DNA of 64,000 nt from Bradymonadia bacterium (GTDB taxonomy: Bacteria; Myxococcota_A; Bradymonadia; UBA7976; UBA1532), in contig JBMOFP010000002.1 of the NCBI GenBank assembly GCA_049318805.1, positions 9,273-73,272 on the forward strand. Reading direction: 5' to 3'. A program made the translations under genes and the position numbers. Below the pieces are notes generated by a model. It made no database searches, was not told the DNA's origin, and worked only from the letters and a program-made list of their open reading frames with translations. Below are positions 59,592 through 64,000 of the stretch, piece after piece. Position 1 is the first letter of the stretch, and every line of letters starts with the position of its first letter.

Positions 59592-60773
59592 TCAGTCTTC
59601 GGCTTCCTGGTCGACGCCGATCTTCTCGTAGACGAGGTCCTCGATGGTCTTCTTGCCGATGGCCCAGAGAGCGTCCCGGTCCCGGCACCGGCCGAAGAGC
59701 CCCAGGGGAATCCGGAAGCCGCCCTTGTTCCGGCGTCCACCGCCGAAGTGCCGACCGCTGGCGTCCGTGCCGAAGAGCTGCTTGAGCCAGGCGTCGGGAT
59801 CGACGGTGTGGCTCACGGTGCGCAGAGAGCCGTCGACGGCATCGCCGTTGACGATCCCGAAGACGACCGCGGTCTCCACGCCCTCGTGGCGCAGCAGGAA
59901 GTCCGCTGCCTGGCCGATGCCGTCCCGGTCTTCTTCGCGCACGAAGCCGACACCCGCCAGCAGGAACGTGCCGCGGATCTGCTTGTTGTTCAGGCCGCGC
60001 TGGATGATCTCCATGGTGCGCGCCGTGACCGACTGCTTGCTGATCGTGCGCAGCAGGTCGGCGTCCAGGAACTGCCGCAGATAGGCCGCGGCCCGGAAGT
60101 CGATGGACCACGCGAGCAGGAAGTTGTCGGTGTCGGACCGAATGCCGTGCATGAGCGCCGTCGCGAGGCGCGCATCCTCGGCGTTGTTCGACCGGAGCCC
60201 GAACGGCGACTGCTCCAGATACTCCGCGTAGAGGCTGCTGGTGGCCCCGGCGTCCTCACGGATGTCGAGGAAGCGGGCCTCGAACCCGCCGACGGTCTTG
60301 TGGTGGTCGACGAAGGTCAGCACGGGCAAGGCCGAGGGCAAGCGCACAGGGAGATGGGGTGTCTGGGTGTCGACGAAGGAGACGAAGTCGTAAGCGCCCA
60401 GGTCCATGCCCTCGCGGTACTGCGCGAGCCCGGCGTCCAATGACTTCACGAGCGCGCGATTCTCGGGGTGGCTGATCTCGTCGAAGAAGATGATCGACGC
60501 CTCGATGTCGAAAGCCCGCGCGAGGTGTCTCTGCGCGATCGCGCTGGCGATGCTGTCGGGGTCCGGGTGGCCCTTGATGACGATCAGCAGTCGGCTCCCC
60601 CGCGCGCCCTCCAACGCCTCCATCATGCGCTCGACGCGCGTGCCGCCCTCGGTCGCCTGAAGGGGCGGTGGAGGGGGCGTGACCTCGGCGCCGCGTTCGA
60701 GGGGCGACAGGGCGACATGCTCTCCCGTGACGGAGGATCTGCGCTGGGCCAGGGGTGTCATTGGGTGCCTCAA
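59592..60773 (-). CDS. DHH-family phosphoesterase (NrnA-like, DHH plus DHHA1)
   Basis: VIKGHPDPDSIAS, DHH motif VDHHKT, C-terminal GGGRRNKGG (DHHA1 GGH-like). Start may be ATG 60623 (MMEALEG). The 60773 start overlaps the SDR stop as ATGA. Confidence 0.6.
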   Translation of the reverse strand: MRHPMTPLAQRRSSVTGEHVALSPLERGAEVTPPPPPLQATEGGTRVERMMEALEGARGSRLLIVIKGHPDPDSIASAIAQRHLARAFDIEASIIFFDEISHPENRALVKSLDAGLAQYREGMDLGAYDFVSFVDTQTPHLPVRLPSALPVLTFVDHHKTVGGFEARFLDIREDAGATSSLYAEYLEQSPFGLRSNNAEDARLATALMHGIRSDTDNFLLAWSIDFRAAAYLRQFLDADLLRTISKQSVTARTMEIIQRGLNNKQIRGTFLLAGVGFVREEDRDGIGQAADFLLRHEGVETAVVFGIVNGDAVDGSLRTVSHTVDPDAWLKQLFGTDASGRHFGGGRRNKGGFRIPLGLFGRCRDRDALWAIGKKTIEDLVYEKIGVDQEAED

Positions 60774-61444
60774 CCAAACATTTCAAGGGCGCAACCGGCG
60801 ATCGCGGGCGGCGCTCGAACCAGGAACTCGACGACCTCGGCGACCTGCTCGGCGGTCATGTCGGGCGCGTACCCGCTCCCGCGCAGCATCTCGGTGTCGA
60901 CGCTGCCGGGACACAGCGCGGTCACGACGACGCCGTCTCGTTTGACCTCCTCGGACAATGCACGGGTGAAGCCGATGAGGCCCCACTTGCTCGCACAGTA
61001 CGCGGAGAGCCCGGGTGTGCCGAGCGTGCCCGAGATGCTGCTCACGTTCACGATGCGCCCGTCGCGGCGGGCGCGCATCCCGGGCAGGCAGGCGCGCGCC
61101 CACTGGAACGGGGCGCGCAGGTTCACGGCCTGGACCCGGTCCCAGTCTTCGACCGGGTGGCCTTCGACCGGGTGACGCACGACGATCCCGGCGTTGTTCA
61201 CGAGCACGTCGACGCGGCCGAAACGTTCGAGCACCGCGGCCGTCGTTTCTTCGACAGCGGCGGCGTCCGCCAGGTCGCACACGAAGGGCACGGCCCCCGT
61301 CCGGTCGGCGACGGTCTCGAGCTGTGACCGGGTCCGAGCGACCGCGACGACCGTGTAGCCCAGCTGTGCTAGGCGGTGCGTCACCGCGGCCCCGATACCC
61401 CGACCCGCGCCGGTGACGACCGCGACCTGTCCTATGGGGCTCAC
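60770..61444 (-). CDS. short-chain dehydrogenase/reductase
   Basis: GTG start overlaps the folE stop. VTGAGRGIGAA, NNAG, YCASKWG catalytic motif. Confidence 0.75.
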   Translation of the reverse strand: MSPIGQVAVVTGAGRGIGAAVTHRLAQLGYTVVAVARTRSQLETVADRTGAVPFVCDLADAAAVEETTAAVLERFGRVDVLVNNAGIVVRHPVEGHPVEDWDRVQAVNLRAPFQWARACLPGMRARRDGRIVNVSSISGTLGTPGLSAYCASKWGLIGFTRALSEEVKRDGVVVTALCPGSVDTEMLRGSGYAPDMTAEQVAEVVEFLVRAPPAIAGCALEMFG

Positions 61445-61983
61445 GGGCTCACGCCGCCTCGTGTGACCGGGGGGAGCACGTCGGGGCGGTGCTCGAGCGT
61501 GCCGAGCTGAACGCGTGTGTGCAGACGGGCGCCTCGCGGTTCTCGACCCTGGAGGACCAGACAGAGGTGCTCCGCCTCGACCGCGCAGGCGGCCCCGGCG
61601 GCGTCGAGTGTGGTCATGAGCGCCACGGCGAGCTGGTGCGTCAGCGTCTCCTGGAGGATGAGGCGCCGGGAGAGACACGCGACCAGCCGCTCGAGGCGGC
61701 CGAGCCCGACGATCCGGCCCCTGGGCGCGTAGGCGAGGTGCACGACGCCGTGAAACGGGAGCAGGTGGTGCGGGCAGACGCCGTGAAACGGAATGCCCGA
61801 GAGCGTCACGAGCGCACCGCCGTCATCGTGCAACGGGGTGCCGAGGGCCTCGCTCGGCGTGGTGCCGTAACCGGAGACCAGGTTGTCCAGCCAGAGGTCG
61901 CGGACGCGCTCGGGTGTGCCGGCGAGCTCGGCGTTCGGGCCGATGCCCCGTGCGGCCTCGAGGGCCTCGAGGAGTTTCGCCAC
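61441..61983 (-). CDS. folE: GTP cyclohydrolase I
   Basis: IPFHGVCPHHLLPFHGVVHLAYAP and QETLTHQLA match the FolE Zn-binding and active-site regions. Confidence 0.8.
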   Translation of the reverse strand: MAKLLEALEAARGIGPNAELAGTPERVRDLWLDNLVSGYGTTPSEALGTPLHDDGGALVTLSGIPFHGVCPHHLLPFHGVVHLAYAPRGRIVGLGRLERLVACLSRRLILQETLTHQLAVALMTTLDAAGAACAVEAEHLCLVLQGREPRGARLHTRVQLGTLEHRPDVLPPVTRGGVSP

Positions 61984-62018
61984 GGCCGCGGTGACCGCGG
62001 ACGACTCGGAGGCGCCGT

Positions 62019-62438
62019 TCAGGGCAGGGGCTCCCCGTCTCCGACCGCCAACTGCTGGCGCCGGGAGAGCGGCTTGGGTTTCTCGGGCACGGTCGGGATG
62101 ACCTCGAGCGGCACGCCGGCCTCATCGAGCATCACGCTGCCCTTCGGCAACGTGTGGACCTCGAGCCCGGCGACGACCCTCTGGCAGCACGCGCGCCCCC
62201 AGTCGGCCGCATCGGCCTCGGGCACGCGGAACTCGAAGTGACAGCAGCCGATCGTGTCGTTGAAGCAGAACCGGCTCCAGTCGCAGGTCATTCGACCGAG
62301 CTCGAACTGGATGTACTGGAACGCGCGGATGAGCGGGATGCCGTCGGGCACGTCGAACGTGAGGCCCCCCACGTGGAGGGGCACGTATCGTTCGACGTCG
62401 CCGTAGATGGCCTTGTTCGGACCACTCACGAACCGGAC
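62019..62438 (-). CDS. hypothetical Cys-rich protein
   Basis: ORF 62019..62591 trimmed to avoid overlap with the PHP gene. CDWSRFCFNDTIGCCHFEF cluster. Function unknown. Confidence 0.3.
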   Translation of the reverse strand, partial: VRFVSGPNKAIYGDVERYVPLHVGGLTFDVPDGIPLIRAFQYIQFELGRMTCDWSRFCFNDTIGCCHFEFRVPEADAADWGRACCQRVVAGLEVHTLPKGSVMLDEAGVPLEVIPTVPEKPKPLSRRQQLAVGDGEPLP

Positions 62439-63286
62439 TCTACCACCGTCGAGACGGCCCGGCCACTCGGGCGCAAGTTCCGAAGCGACTCGAACCCCGG
62501 AACCGAGATCCCGAACGCGCCGGGCGGCGCGGCGCCCGGATGGCCGTGGAAGTCCGCGCCCCCCGTCGCCTTCAGGCCGTAGAGCTGGCAAACGCCCAGG
62601 TAGCGTGCGGTGTCGGCGAAGCCGTGGGCGGGGTGGTGGGCCTCGAGCCCGTCGAGCCCCAAGCCGGCCAGCTCCGGGAGCGACTCGTCGATCTTCTCGA
62701 CCCCCGGATGCGCCAAGACCGCGACCCCGCCCGCCCGATGCACGGCGTCCATCGCCTCGGCGATCGGCAGGTGGCTCGCGGGCACGTAGGCGCGACCCTC
62801 ACGGCCCAGAAAACGATCGAAGGCTTCGTGCGCGTCGTGGCAGTGCCCCGCGGCGATGAGGGCACGTGCCAGGTGCGGCCGACCCACGTTGCCGTCCTTG
62901 CACGCGGCCAGCACCGCGTCGGCGTCGATCGGCGCGCCGAGTGTCTCGAGCCGCGCGGCGATCTCCCGGATGCGGTCTCGCCGCGACGCGCTGCGGACCT
63001 CGAGCAGTCGTGTGAACGCCGCGTCCTCCGGATCGATGAAGTAGGCGAGGAGGTGCACCTCGTGGCGATGCCACACGGTCATCTCCACGCCGGGGACGAG
63101 CTCGATGCCCTGGGCGACGGCGGCCTCACGGGCGCTGGCCACGCCGGCCATGGTGTCGTGGTCCGTAAGCGCGAGGACCCGAACACCGCGGCGCGCGGCG
63201 AGGTGCACCAGCGCGACCGGATCGAGCTCACCATCCGAGAACGTGCTGTGCGCGTGCAGGTCGACCGGCCAGCTCACTTCCGTCAT
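62426..63286 (-). CDS. PHP-domain metal-dependent phosphoesterase (TrpH/YciV-like)
   Basis: DLHAHSTFSDG, LTDHDT, HPAHGF. Conserved His/Asp metal ligands of the PHP family. Confidence 0.75.
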   Translation of the reverse strand: MTEVSWPVDLHAHSTFSDGELDPVALVHLAARRGVRVLALTDHDTMAGVASAREAAVAQGIELVPGVEMTVWHRHEVHLLAYFIDPEDAAFTRLLEVRSASRRDRIREIAARLETLGAPIDADAVLAACKDGNVGRPHLARALIAAGHCHDAHEAFDRFLGREGRAYVPASHLPIAEAMDAVHRAGGVAVLAHPGVEKIDESLPELAGLGLDGLEAHHPAHGFADTARYLGVCQLYGLKATGGADFHGHPGAAPPGAFGISVPGFESLRNLRPSGRAVSTVVESGS

Positions 63287-63381
63287 GTTCCCGACTCGTA
63301 CAGACCGCTGTCAACCCGGGCCGGCGCGACGCCCCTCCGGGTCGTGGCGTCTTCGTTGGCCAAAACCAGGAGGAATCGACG

Positions 63382-63888
63382 ATGGCGGAGAACGATCCCC
63401 AGGCGCTCGCCGCGCCCTTGCCCAGCATCGGTGCGGCCGCGCCGGACTTCACCCTGGCCGTGGAGCCGGGGGGGACCCTGACGCTGGCCTCGCTTCGGGG
63501 GCGCGCCGTGGTGCTCTATTTCTACCCGAAGGACTCCACGCCGGGCTGCACGACCGAGTCCTGTGACTTCCGCGACCGCACCGCCGCGTTGACCGCGGCC
63601 GGCGCCGTGGTCTTCGGCATCAGCCGGGATTCGTTGAAGTCTCACGCGACGTTTCGCGCGAAGCAGTCGCTCGACTTCCCGCTGCTGAGCGATCCGGACG
63701 GCGCGGTGCACCGGGCCTACGGCGCCTGGGGAGAGAAGTCGATGTACGGCCGGAAGAGCATCGGCGCCGTCCGCACGACCGTCCTCATCGACGCCCAAGG
63801 GAACGTCGCGCGGGTGTGGTCGCCCGTGAAGGTTCCGGGCCACGCCGAGGCCGTGCTTCAGGCCGTGCGCGCGCTCTCCGCGCCCTGA
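63382..63888 (+). CDS. bcp: thiol peroxidase Bcp (1-Cys/2-Cys peroxiredoxin)
   Basis: APDFTL..GRAVVLYFYPKDSTPGCTTE peroxidatic Cys motif. Confidence 0.85.
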   Translation: MAENDPQALAAPLPSIGAAAPDFTLAVEPGGTLTLASLRGRAVVLYFYPKDSTPGCTTESCDFRDRTAALTAAGAVVFGISRDSLKSHATFRAKQSLDFPLLSDPDGAVHRAYGAWGEKSMYGRKSIGAVRTTVLIDAQGNVARVWSPVKVPGHAEAVLQAVRALSAP

Positions 63889-63912
63889 ACACCGGCGCGC
63901 GTCCACGAGCGG

Positions 63913-64000
63913 TCAGGCCTCGGGGCGCCAGGGCCCTTCGCCCGTCCACAGGTGGGTGATGCGCGGTCCCGTCGCGGTCTCCGACACGTCGAAGACCACC
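63913..64000 (-). CDS. 3' end of an unidentified minus-strand gene (partial)
   Basis: Reading frame ..VVFDVSETATGPRITHLWTGEGPWRPEA then stop at 63915..63913. Upstream part is outside the window. Confidence 0.3.
   Translation of the reverse strand, partial: VVFDVSETATGPRITHLWTGEGPWRPEA

Noticed and set aside
62019-62591. Cys-rich ORF as 6-pyruvoyl-tetrahydropterin synthase (QueD/PTPS)
   Set aside because: It lacks the CxxxxxHGH Zn/catalytic motif. It is kept only as a hypothetical protein.

Overview
This is a very high-GC (about 70% by eye) Gram-negative chromosomal segment with tightly packed genes, many joined by 4-nt start/stop overlaps. The lipoprotein architectures suggest a deltaproteobacterial or Myxococcota-like genome. 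Gene order from left to right is as follows.

- 1 to 5.3 kb: flagellar regulatory module flhA (5'-truncated), flhF, flhG and fliA. An orphan fliJ-like gene and rpoZ follow.
- 6.6 to 17.4 kb: a coherent tryptophan to anthranilate to 2-aminobenzoyl-CoA catabolic island.
  - Plus strand: a fused FAD monooxygenase/OYE reductase, enoyl-CoA hydratase, acyl-CoA dehydrogenase, aryl-CoA ligase, hotdog thioesterase, RidA and glutaryl-CoA dehydrogenase.
  - Minus strand: kynA, and a kynB-kynU fusion gene, whose product catalyses two consecutive steps.
- 17.8 to 22.2 kb: a FabH-like KAS III, an Hpt protein and a hybrid histidine kinase.
- 22.2 to 31.2 kb: a seven-gene, translationally coupled type II FAS/PKS-like operon with no ACP gene. 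It contains:
  - a FabZ-like dehydratase;
  - a canonical KAS II;
  - a fusion of a degenerate condensing domain to a complete KS;
  - FabD;
  - a CLF-like KS lacking the canonical Cys;
  - FabG;
  - a FadH-type OYE/FAD reductase in the terminal position where a FabI/FabK-type enoyl reductase would be expected.

  This operon is the most unusual system in the window.
- 31.2 to 41.3 kb: a K/A/E-rich protein and a GT2 glycosyltransferase. Then a 1285-aa lipoprotein built from about 24 Cys-bounded thrombospondin-type-3-like acidic Ca-binding repeats with three inserted beta domains. It is co-operonic with a hexapeptide-repeat protein and two methyltransferase-like proteins.
- 41.3 to 46.9 kb: tRNA-Arg(CCG), rpmB, RidA, hpf, outer-membrane beta-barrel proteins, a repeat-containing lipoprotein, a UbiA prenyltransferase, tRNA-Val(CAC), a lower-GC islet and an SCP2 protein.
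- 46.9 to 56.8 kb, all on the minus strand: lpxA, lpxD, skp, bamA, lolD, lolC/E, lysS, and prfB with its programmed +1 frameshift.
- 56.9 to 64 kb: outer-membrane and lipoprotein genes, a DHH phosphoesterase, an SDR, folE, a PHP phosphoesterase and bcp.

No CRISPR array, transposase or rRNA was seen. Long antisense or alternate-frame ORFs in the six-frame track are treated as GC artefacts.
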